64,000 nt of DNA from Octopus vulgaris (Eukaryota): contig OX597840.1 of the NCBI GenBank assembly GCA_951406725.2, forward strand, positions 4,154,001 through 4,218,000. The letters are read 5' to 3'. Of the stretch, positions 53,600-64,000 are shown one piece after another (position 1 is the first letter of the stretch; each line of letters opens with the position of its first letter). The translations under genes were made by a program, and so were the position numbers. The notes beneath the pieces were generated by a model, which did no database searches, had not been told where the DNA came from, and saw only the letters and a program-made list of their open reading frames with translations.

Positions 53600-54137
53600 C
53601 TGTATAATGAAAAAGGTTTAATAAATATAGACATATACAAGAGAAAAAGAAAATGACTCTCCCCAGACACAACAGAATATGCTTCAACACACGAACTCAC
53701 ATAAAGAATCTTGCAAACCAAATCCAAAAATGAAATACAAAAACATTGAAAGGACCTACATACACATTCAAATACATATGTTATGTGATCACGCAACTGA
53801 CCAGACTGCCAGATGTTGTTACACATCGCTGGTCACAATAAGCTTTGCATTGTTTTAGTGTTTGAACAACATCACTTTGCTGGCTAGGTGAGCAGCCAAC
53901 ATTCCACCCACTGAGCAAAAAGGGAACTGGAACAATGTGAAGTAAAGTGTTTTGCTCAAGAACACAACTCACCGCTCATTCTGAGAATTGAACCCATGAT
54001 CTGACAATCATGAGCTCAACACCCTAACCACTAGATGATGCACTTTATATACACACACACACATAAACTTGTTGCTTAAACCAAAGAAACCACCTAAGAA
54101 GAAAGTCATCCCAAAAGTTCATATTCTTTGTTTAGAG

Positions 54138-54347
54138 CAGGGGTCGGGGAATTTTTTAACTGATTACCCCAAAATATATTCATTTACGCCAATATTACCC
54201 CCTTGATTCGAGAGGAAAAAATCATGGATAACAAGGAACACTTCTTTTTTAAATATAATTTTACTTATGTCTAATGAGTCCTCATTACCTGCAAGAACTT
54301 CATTTTTATCCCACTTGGGGTAACTTACCCCAGTTCACCAACCCCTG
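54138..54347. mobile_element. hAT (Charlie-like) MITE A
   Basis: CAGGGGTCGGGGAA...TTCACCAACCCCTG with 8-bp TSD GTTTAGAG on both sides. Confidence 0.85.
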
Positions 54348-54355
54348 GTTTAGAG

Positions 54356-54554
54356 CAGTGGTTTTCAACCAGGGTTCCGCCAGTACAGTCCAGGGGTTCC
54401 GCAAGAAGTTACAAAATTGCTAAAATCGGCAGTAATTTTTAATTCTCCTGTGCAGATGTGTGCATAATACTATTAAATTATTGCACAGGGGTTCCTTGAG
54501 CCAGTGGAATGTTTCCTTGGGGTTCCGCTCCAGCAAAAAGTTTGAAAAGCACTG
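54356..54554. mobile_element. hAT (Charlie-like) MITE B
   Basis: CAGTGGTTTTCAA...TTGAAAAGCACTG with 8-bp TSD GTTTAGAG on both sides. Confidence 0.85.
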
Positions 54555-55204
54555 GTTTAGAGAATACCCACACAGAGACACATACACAAATATGCATATA
54601 GATTCAAATCAAGAAATAGCTGGACATACATCTTGTTTTTTTTTTACATCTTTTAATTGTTTCAGTCATTTGACTGCAGCCATGCTGGAGCACTGCCTTT
54701 AGTCGAGCAAATCGACCCCGGGACTTATTCTTTGTAAGCCTAGTACTTATTCTATCAGACTCTTTTGCCGAACCGCTAAGTTACGAGGACATAAACACAC
54801 CAGCAATAGTTTGCATGTGGTACAACTCAAAACACAGTATTAAGCATGTAAAGTATCCACATGTCATTGGTCTACTGCTAGTCTCATGACTTGAACGTAA
54901 CCTAAAATAGCTCAGATAATGCACGGGATGGCGAGCGTGCACACCTCAAGAGATAAAGTACACGATAGCGAATGTAAACATACATCAGCCGCTAAAAAGT
55001 CCGTGATAGATGTAGGGCAGCTCCACATCGTATATTTATGTTAACTGTGGTTAGGCAAGCAAAAGTGTGATCGCATATTTTCGTCAACCATTGTCAAAGG
55101 GTTAAAGTGGTGCCCCAGAATGGTTGCAGTCTAATGACTGAAACAAGTAAAAGATAACAGAGACAAATAACCGCAGAGGAATGAGATAACTTAATCATAC
55201 TTAC

Positions 55205-55277
55205 ATTTAGATTGTTCAGCGACATGTTACTGGAGCTGAATCTGCGAATCTTCGATTCTTGTTTTATCAAGGATGGA
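55205..55277 (-). CDS. FAM122A: FAM122 exon 2 (SPSLIKQESKIRRFSSSNMSLNNLN)
   Basis: caatgcAG acceptor and GTAAGT donor, 73 nt. Phases 2/0 fit both neighbours. RRxS motif as in human RRNS. Confidence 0.82.
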
Positions 55278-55479
55278 CTGCATTGAAAGATAAATAAGTG
55301 TGAACCAATAGAAGATATAAACATCGTCATCGTTATCATCATTTTTCATACACTTTCCATATTGGAATTTGTTGGACAGTTCCACAGGATTCACCCAATC
55401 AGAGGACCATATCTTATTACACACAAACATACACAATCAAGCACCCAGTAGACTGGGTAAGGTAGTTGTAAGTTCTGAA

Positions 55480-56660
55480 ACTTTACAGCAGCAACCATAA
55501 AAATAAGCACAATGAGAGGTAAGTCTGGTGAGATTGTGGAGAAGCTAGAGTAGAGTTCAGTGTATGTGTGCTGTGTGCAAGAGGTAAGATGGAAGGCATC
55601 CTCAACTAAGCCAGTACCAATTCTTCTAGGTAAGTAATAATGGCAACAGGAGTGGAGTAGGTATGCTCTTAGCAGATAAATAGATAGATGAAGTAATTGA
55701 AGTAGAGAGGGTGTATGATAGGATAATTAAGATGGGACTAGTTATAGACAACTCAACAGTGACATATTTCTGCATATGCCCCACAAGTAAAATTGACAGA
55801 AACATAGATAGACTGCTTCTATGAACCCTTCTGCAGACAACATCAATGGTGATTGACAGTAACTTCATTATTGAAGCTTGGGTCTTCAATGATCATGCTA
55901 TTGAACACAATTATGGCTTCTATAACATACATGGAAGCTACTGGTATGGTTCAAGAATGGATGGAAGCACTCCGTCGGTTACGACGATGAGGGTTCCGGT
56001 TGATCCGAATCAACGGAACAGCCTGCTCATGAAATTAACGTGTAAGTGGCTGAGCACTCCACAGACACGTGTACCCTTAACGTAGTTCTCGGGGATATTC
56101 AGCGTGACACAGAGAGTGACAAGGCCGGCCCCTTGAAATACAGGTACAACAGAAACAGGAAGTAAGAGTGAGAGAAAGTTGTGTGGTGAAAGAGTACAGC
56201 AGGGATCACCACCATCCCCTGCCGGAGCCTCGTGGACCTTTTAGGTGTTTTCGCTCAATAAACACTCACAACGCCTGGTCTGGGAATCGAAACTGCGATC
56301 CTACGACTGCGAGTCCGCTGCCCTAACCACTGGGCCATTGCGCCTTATTGGTTCAAGAAATAAGAAGGATGTAAAGGCTCTTGGAGTTCTGTAATGCAAG
56401 TAAAATAACGATTTGCAACACTCTTTAAGAGACCTCACAATCACCTCTGTACCTACAAGTCTGGTGAGCACAAGTCACATAGATTACATTCTCACCATGA
56501 GATGAGACAGAAGGGCTATAGTAAATACCAAAACTGTTGTTCCTGACAAAGACTGCATCCAGCAACATAAATTAGCAGCTTCAGAACCAGAGCTAAGTGA
56601 ACACAGAAACAGAAGTAAAAGATCCCACGGTTGGGGATAGGTTCAGGGAAATTCTACTCA
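55480..56660 (+). pseudogene. Degraded RTE-type AP-endonuclease fragment interrupted by a SINE (55961-56344)
   Basis: Remnants MRGKSGEIVE...VCCVQEVRWK...GVGMLL...ERVYDRII and later HIDYIL. Many stops. Confidence 0.6.
55961..56344 (-). mobile_element. tRNA-derived SINE family D (other copies 2360-2657 -, 8055-8343 -, 8785-9080 -, 15462-15768 +)
   Basis: Head GGCGCAATGGCCCAGTGGTTAGGGCAGCGGACTCG...GTTTCGATTCCC with A and B boxes; variable bodies. Confidence 0.82.
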
Positions 56661-56911
56661 ACTCACATGACTGTTTTGAGTGGGATGGGCTACTCGGCCA
56701 GAAGAAAATTCTAACTGGGCCCCATCTGCAAGGTCATGTGCTGTTTATCTTGATATGAGATCACCGTGTCGCACACATAGGGTTGTGATGCATGTGCCTG
56801 GTGTACCCTTATCAGACGGGTAGTCATGATGGGTATACAGGCTTCGTATATTTTACCCCAGTGTCACTTTGATGGCATGCACTGCTCTCTCACTCAATAA
56901 TAATAATAGTA

Positions 56912-56958
<47 letters not shown>

Positions 56959-56959
56959 A

Positions 56960-57200
56960 AGAAGAAATCTGGCTGATGCTCCTTTCCCTCTTACCTCTTG
57001 CACAAAGAACACGTGTACATGGCTCCGCTCTAGCATTTTAACACTCTTACCAGACGTGCCTTTCATTGTACCTACATTGACTGTGACAGCTTCAAAGATG
57101 TGGACTTGAAAGGAAGAGTGAGTTGTAAGCTGGAGGAAAGTGTACCGATTCCAGCACTTGGAAACAAGGTTTGTGCGAAGGGTGCCTGCAGGCAGCGGGC
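56960..57200 (-). pseudogene. RTE-type endonuclease N-terminal fragment
   Basis: TVNVGTMKG.SG....MLERSHVHVFFVQEVR.KG is the start of an APE domain. Confidence 0.6.
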
Positions 57201-57589
57201 TCTTGCAGACACACTCCAGTGTCACTTTGATGGCATGCACTCAAATACATACATACATACATACATCTAAAGCAAAATTTTTTCAGGGGCTTATTTTGCT
57301 GTGTGGATCCCCAAAATTTTTTTACATGGACCCTCAGCGACCAAACAGACTCCGGTTGAGAACTACTAATCTAAGGTAATATTCTTTCATGACCAGATAC
57401 GTTTTCATAGGAGACTGGCGATGAACAACATTGCCTACATAAGTGACGTTCATTTACTGCTATCATGTGATGTCAAAACAAGGAGACACACATACACAAA
57501 CAATAATTTTATATTCAGGTACACATCTTGTAATATACCGTGTAAAGCCTATTCACTGTAATCAGTTACCTGATGTGATCAACAGTATC

Positions 57590-58215
57590 CTCATCATCAT
57601 CACTGTTTAGCATCCACTTTCCATGCTAGCATGGGTTGGACGATTTGACTGAGGTCTGGTGAACCAGATGGCTGCATCACACTCCAATCTTGATCTGGCA
57701 GAGTTTCTACAGCTGGATGCCCTTCCTAACGCCAACCACTCCAAGAGTGTAGTGGGTGCTTTTATGTGCCACCAGCAAGAGGGCCAGCTAGGCGGTACTG
57801 GCAACGGTCACACTCAAATGGTGTTTTTTATGTGCCACCTGCACAGGAGCCAGTCCAGCGGTACTGGCAACGACCTCGCACAAATGTTTTTTTTCACATG
57901 CCACCAGCACAAGTGCTAGTAAGGTGACGCAGGTAACGATCATGTTCGAATGGTGCTTTTAATGTGCCATCAGCATGGAGACCAGCTTGTTGCTCTGGCA
58001 ACGATCTCACTCGTATGGTACTCTTAGCACTCCACTAGCACGGATGCCACTCATCGAATTTGATTTCGATTTCACTTGCCTCATTAGGTCTTCGCAAGCT
58101 GAATTTAGTGTCCAATGAAGAAAAAGCACGAATAAATGGACTGGTTACACCCCTGACATAGGCCACAAGGTTATGGTCTCGCTTGCGCTTGCCGAGTCTT
58201 CTCAAGCACAGTATA
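57590..58215 (-). mobile_element. RTE LINE 3'UTR/tail fragment (further tail copies at about 9660-9935 -, 11390-11735 -, 26980-27140 +, 37215-37525 +, 47060-47250 -, 49320-49520 -, 52120-52362 +, 60000-60200 -, 60425-60797 +)
   Basis: Same tail as 10309-11330, with internal GGTGGCAC(G/A)TAAAAAGCACC subrepeats. Confidence 0.8.
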
Positions 58216-58604
58216 GATTTAAATAACACTGGATTTTTGTCACCCTCTAACTGTTCATCCTCTGACAGGAGTTCCCCTCCTTAAATGCTCCTGTCACTCT
58301 CATAATTCCTTGTCTTGCAAGTTACGTGGTGACCCTGCCATTGCTGGTTCCGTGTAAAAAGCATCCAGCCATAAAAATCATGCCAAAACTATCCTTGCTT
58401 GTGCTAGTACCATGTATAGAGCACTGAGGCCAATCTTCAGAGTGGTTGGTGTTAGGAAGGACATCAAGCCATAAAAACCTTGCTAGAACAGACACAGTAG
58501 TATGGAGTACGCTTTCTACCTGGCCAGCTCCTGTGAACTGTCTTACCCATGCATACATAGAAGATGAACATTAAATGATGATGATATATATATATATATA
58601 TATA

Positions 58605-58993
58605 AATATATATAAAGCTGAAGTTGTCTGTGTGTGGCAGGTTTGGTAGCCTTCAACTAACTCTATCTCCTCCGAGACCCTGCAGCGCAAGTTAACCAAA
58701 ATTGAGAGTATGATAGAAGAAGGCTTGCGCTTCATTCCGTAGAAGATAAAATTCAAATCGGACCATGTTAACACCAAAAATTATTTACATCAAAAAGGTG
58801 CTTTTTTTCTATGAAAATCTCTATTTTTTAAGATATTTTTACTGCTGTGTTGCCATTTTACGGTGTATTTCAACCAGAAAAATGTTCACTTAAAGAGAAT
58901 AACAAGCTACATCCTGCAAAATTTTTACTTTTCAAAAATTCCAATTCTAAAGGGTCGAAACAAACCCAAGTAACGCCAGGCGATACTGCTAGT
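58605..58993 (+). mobile_element. Non-autonomous Helitron
   Basis: TATATATAAAGCTGAAGTTGTC... to CAAACCCAAGTAACGCCAGGCGATACTGCTAG|T. Confidence 0.75.
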
Positions 58994-59405
58994 ATATATA
59001 AACAGCTCAAATTTACAGAAAACAAAAGACAAAGACAGCTGGACATGTCAAAGTCTTTGACATGACAAAGAGCCTATGCTTTTTAACAGAAAGGATTAAG
59101 AAGAAAAGAAACAGAGTTAGGAAAAAATGTGTAGGGATTAACGGTTCAACATGATAAAAATATATAATTCTGTATATAACAATATTTTATGAGCTTAAAA
59201 CTTGTGATCTCAGCTTCTCAAATCATTGCAGAAAACACACATGCTCATTTATTCTTTACTTGTTTCAGTCATTTGACTGTGGCCATGCTGGAGCACCAAC
59301 TTATTCTATCAGTCTATTTTGCTGAACCACCAAGTTACGGGGACGTAAACACACCAACATCAGTTTTCAAGTGATGGTGGGGAGGATAAACACAGACACA
59401 CAAGT

Positions 59406-59436
<31 letters not shown>

Positions 59437-59732
59437 CATATATATATTTATATACATACATACATATATATATGTACAAAACCCTGAAAATATTGCACAT
59501 TTGCAGCAGGAGTTGGATACAATATAGAAATTTATCAAAATTCACAATATATTATAAATATATATATATAGAATTTAGGGACAAACCGCTATCTAGTTAT
59601 TCCATTAATAGTGAAAAAATATTATCTGTAATAACCACATAGAAATTAATTAAATATCTTATAATTATTATTCTAAAAATCTCATAACAAATCAAACATG
59701 TCTTTCTCATATTTTTTCATTGTAGTTCACAT

Positions 59733-59783
<51 letters not shown>

Positions 59784-60377
59784 TGAAATTAGCATTGGCT
59801 TATCTCACTCATTCTCATGGAACCCCTAGGAACCTTTTGTGGAACCCTAGGGCTCCAGAGAACCCTAGTTGAGAAATGCTGAGGTAACCCATCTCAACAA
59901 TCTTGGGAGATACCACCAATTCATTAATTCATTCTCACTCTCTCCCTAAAATGTAAGTAGCCATGTAATTCTGCTACAAGAAAAACCTGCTCAGGGCTGG
60001 CAACCAGATGGCTGCACCAGGCTTCAGTCTGATCTGGCAGTGTTTCTACAGCTGGATGCCCTTCTTAATGCCAACCACTCCGTGAGTGTAGTGGGTGCTT
60101 TTTACGTGCCGCCGGCACAGGGGCCTGAGGAGGTTGGCAAACAGCCACGATCAGTTGGTGCTTTTTACGTGTCACTGACAAAGACGCCAGTCAGGTGGTG
60201 ATGCATTCCATAAGTTTTGAGATTTATTTTTAGAAGAAGCAGTTATAACTGTCCTAAAAAAAAAAAAGACCAACCCCAAGTATAGCGCTTCCCTTCTTTC
60301 CTGAGCGTCAAATAATACTATATTTGTTCCACGTCCTCGCGTTGCTGTGTTTTCTCTTTGTGTTTTCATGTTTGGAT

Positions 60378-60422
<45 letters not shown>

Positions 60423-60796
60423 CTGTGATACCAGTGCCGATGGCACATAAGAGAACCATTCGAACGTAGCCGTAGCCAGCGCCGTCCGACTAGCATCTGT
60501 GCCGGTGGCACGTAAAAAGTACCATCCAACCGTGGCCGTTGCCAGCTTCGTCTGGTCCCCGTGTCGGTGGCACGTATAAAAAGCACCATCCAATCGTGAC
60601 CGTTTGCCAGCCTCGTCTGGCACATAAAAAGCACCCACTACACTCATGGAGTGGTTGGCATTAGGAAGGACATCCAGCCGTAGAAACATTACCAGATCAG
60701 ACTGGGCCTGGTGCAGCCTTCTAGCTTCCCAGACCCCAGTTGAACCGTCCAACCCATGCCAGCATGGAAAGTGGACGCTAAACGATGATGATGATG

Positions 60797-60835
<39 letters not shown>

Positions 60836-60838
<3 letters not shown>

Positions 60839-61070
60839 TTTATTTGAAAGCAGCAGAAATATAACAAAAGCTTTTACTCAGAATTTCACGTTTCCGTTCG
60901 TCAGACAGCTTTGTTAAAAAAAAAAAAAACTGTCCGACGAACAGGAACATGAAACTCTGAGTAACAGCTTTTGTTATATTTCTGTTGCTTTTAAATAAAG
61001 TATATTACTCTACCTCTGGTATTTGAGTACTCTTTTTTCCACCTTGTTTCACATTTATGTGCTTACTCCA

Positions 61071-61072
<2 letters not shown>
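60836..61072 (+). mobile_element. Penelope-like fold-back fragment with hammerhead motif in both arms (second copy 474-731, opposite orientation)
   Basis: Inverted arms with (TA)n on both sides. The arms contain CTGT-CYGAYGA-stem II-GAAA-CTCTGAG-TA-ACAG variants. Confidence 0.65.
60930..60967 (+). ncRNA. Minimal type-I hammerhead ribozyme motif (stem II decayed in this copy)
   Basis: CTGT CCGACGA ACAGGAACAT GAAA CTCTGAG TA ACAG. Stem I CTGT/ACAG is perfect. The opposite arm (60870-60908, minus) has CTGACGA and a perfect ACG-GAAA-CGT stem II. Confidence 0.6.
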
Positions 61073-61121
<49 letters not shown>

Positions 61122-61375
61122 ACAAAGACTTTCTTTCACCTGAGGATGTACCTTAAATTCTGCATTATTTTGCAGGATTTTTTTACATTTTGCATTAATG
61201 CAGACATGTAAATAATTTATTTATTACTAAATATAATAATATAAATTATTCACACGATTTTAAGTTACGAAACAATTTGTTGTGACATTAGAATTTCCTT
61301 GTTAAATAAAATCTCATCAAGCTATTTCTATCAGTTATGACTTTATATATAAAAATTCAAAGAAATTATACATAC

Positions 61376-61509
61376 CTGTAGTCAACAGCCGACACAGTCA
61401 GAACATTTATCATGGGGGCACTGTTTGAGCGTTTCAGGCCTCCAGTGCCACAGCTGCTGGTCCCTACTGTCGAGGGACAGCTGCTCACAGATGGAGGATC
61501 AACTTCCAT
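61376..61509 (-). CDS. FAM122A: FAM122/PABIR homologue, coding exon 1 (MEVDPPSVSSCPSTVGTSSCGTGGLKRSNSAPMINVLTVSAVDY)
   Basis: ATG at 61509 and GTATGT donor, 134 nt. GGLKRSNSAPMI matches human FAM122A GGLRRSNSAPLI. Confidence 0.9.
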
Positions 61510-62330
61510 TGTTCACCAGATGTATATTATATAATTGTAAATATATGTATATAAATACATACAGATATAGTAGTCTATTTACATATATGTCTGTATACGT
61601 CGATACATATATATGCGTTTATGTGTATGAGCATGTATGCTTTATGTGTGTATATGTGATTGTGTATAAGATTGTCTCACAAGTGGCAAAAATATGTCCA
61701 AATAAGTCAACAGGCCACTGACTTGACAGTGGTCACTGTTGCCGCACCTGTACCAAGTTGTACAGCTAGCCAGGTACAAACAGGTAAATATCCATCATCA
61801 TTGCAACAAACTGCAGTACAATGCAGTGACGTTGGTACACAGTCTGTGGTGGTGGTCACTATATATATATATAAATGTGTGCCCTTGCAGTAGATCGAGT
61901 GGATTGTTGCTGCAACTGTAAAAGAAGAAAAGACAATCTGGTAAGGGTTTGTGACATAAGGGTGTGCAGAAGAGAGAGAGAGAGAGACAGGTACAGAGAA
62001 AGATGGACACTGAGAGATAGACAGACAGATACAGAGAGAGAGAGAGTATTTCTTTATTCACCATAAGGTTGAGAAAAAGAGGGGACAATACGGGGACAGA
62101 CAAAACAAACGTTGGGGGTCAGGGTATCGAATGAGACGAAACGTATGAATAAACAAACAATTAAAATATATACAATTAAATGAGAATGAGTGATTAACAA
62201 AAAATGAAGCAGAGGACGCGGTTGACCCCACAAACCACAAACTCACACTGAAGACTTTGCTTTCTCCTTTTTTACATTCTCGATTAAACAGGTTCTTTCA
62301 CTCGCAACACACTTGCTACATACTTCCAAA

Positions 62331-62562
62331 GGGCGGCGAGCTGGCAGAATCATTAGCATGCCAGGTGAAATGCTTAGCGCTATTTCGTCTGTCTTTACGT
62401 TCTGAGTTCAAATTCCGCCGAGGTCGACTTTGCCTTTCATCCTTTTGGGGTCGATTAAATAAGTACCAGTTACGCACTGGGGTCGATGTAATCGACTTAA
62501 TCGGTCTGTCGGTCCTTGTTTGTCCTCTCTGTGTGTAGCCCCTTGTGGGCAGTAAAGAAATA
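62331..62562 (+). mobile_element. SINE family B with Meta-domain-like core (other copies 16650-17062, 26714-26945, 32583-32766, 37752-38152 -, 43845-44060 -, 44358-44567 -, 21405-21603 -, 52480-52862 -)
   Basis: GAGCTGGCAGAA (A box) and GAGTTCAAATTCC (B box). GCCTTTCATCCTTT(C/T)GGGGTCGAT..AAGTACCAG resembles the MetaSINE conserved domain as recalled from memory. Confidence 0.82.
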
Positions 62563-62693
62563 GCTATAGACTTCCATCTTTTATGAAACACACTTTGCGA
62601 CAGGCATTTCTTCTCCAAGAAGACAATGACGATCATTTTCAATGCTCATATGATGTCTGGACAAGGGTAGACACAAATACATATACATAGACA

Positions 62694-62730
<37 letters not shown>

Positions 62731-62732
<2 letters not shown>

Positions 62733-63189
62733 GTAGAGATTTCAAACTTAAAATCCTCAAAGCCACAGTCAAACCAATTCTACTATATGGCTCAGAAAGC
62801 TGGACGTTATCAAAGAAGCTTGAGAGGCGGTTGGATGGAACTTACACTCGCCTCCTTATGAGAGCTCAAAATCTCTCGTGGAAGCGTCATTCAACCAAAA
62901 TGCAAATATATGGGAAATTACCACCTGTGTCATCTCTTGTGAAAGGTAGAAGAGTCCAGTTTGCTGGACATTGTTGTAGAGCTGAAAATGAGGCAATTTC
63001 TACTCTTCTCCTCTAGAAGCCATCTACTCACGTTACCAGAGGGCGCACACTCTCCTACCCTGATGTAATCTCCAGGGATACAGGCATCCAGCAACAGGAC
63101 CTCCATAATGTTATGATGGACTGTGAAGTCTGGCGTAGCATGGTAAATTCCATTGTCTCGACCACGGTCAAACAATGATGATGATGATG

Positions 63190-63190
<1 letters not shown>
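62731..63190 (+). mobile_element. RTE/RTE-X-like LINE 3' end inserted in a (GT)n tract
   Basis: Same sequence as 21655-22160, with a premature stop and a (GAT)n tail; (GT)n on both sides. Confidence 0.85.
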
Positions 63191-63274
<84 letters not shown>

Positions 63275-64000
63275 TGCAAGCACGCATGTATATGGTTGAG
63301 TCTCACTGTGTGGAACCTTGGGCAAGTATCTTCTACTATAGCCTCAAGCTGACCAAAGCCTTGTGAGTGGATTTGGTAGAGGGAAACTGAAAGAAGCCTG
63401 TCATGTGTGTGTGTGTATATTTTCTTTTACTTGTTTCAGTCATTTGACTGCGGCCATGCTTGAGCACCGCCTTTAATCGAGCAACTCAACCCCAGGACTT
63501 ATTCTTTTTGTAAGCCCAGTACTTATTCTATTGGTCTCTTTTGCCGAACCGCTAAGTGACAGGGACATAAACACACCAGCATCGGTTGTCAAGCGATGCT
63601 AGGGGGACAAACACAAACATACACACATACATATATACACATATATACGACAGGCTTCTTTTCAGTTTCCGTCTACCAGATCCACTCACAAGGCTTTGGT
63701 CGGCTCGAGGCTATAGTAGAAGACACTTGCCCAAGGTGCCACGCAGTGGAACTGAACCTGGAACCATGTGGTTGGTAAACAAGCTACTTACCACACAGCC
63801 ACTCATCTTTTGTCTTTTATATTTTACTGGTTTCAGTCACTTGGCTGTGACCATGCTGGAGCACCACCTCAAAGGGGTTTTAATCGAACAAATCAACTCC
63901 AGGACTTACTTTTCAGCCTTGTACTTATTCTAACATTCTCTTTTGCTGAACCGCTAAGTTGTCAAGCAGTGATGGGGTGACAAACACACATACACACACA

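Overview
Animal genomic DNA, AT-rich and dense in microsatellites and SINEs. The repeat content most resembles an octopus (coleoid cephalopod) genome; this is an inference, not a database result. Two spliced genes lie on the minus strand and were rebuilt by hand with GT-AG junctions and consistent phases. (1) An ATG4A/B-type autophagy cysteine protease: 7 coding exons from ATG at 31501 down to 1072, continuing off the left edge. (2) A complete FAM122/PABIR (PP2A-B55 inhibitor) homologue: 9 coding exons, 61509 to 45577, 328 aa. The rest is mostly mobile DNA: several tRNA-derived SINE families, RTE, RTE-X, CR1 and Hero LINE fragments, mariner/Tc1 relics, piggyBac, hAT and Tc2-type MITEs, and non-autonomous Helitrons. 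Most ORF-track entries are microsatellite or SINE artefacts. The most interesting signal is a set of short non-coding elements inserted in (TA)n tracts, often as fold-backs. Some carry minimal hammerhead ribozyme motifs of the Penelope type, mostly with C instead of U at core position 4. Others share a covarying multi-stem structure ending in a RAATAGCAGCCAA box that I cannot assign to a named RNA family. One element carries both.
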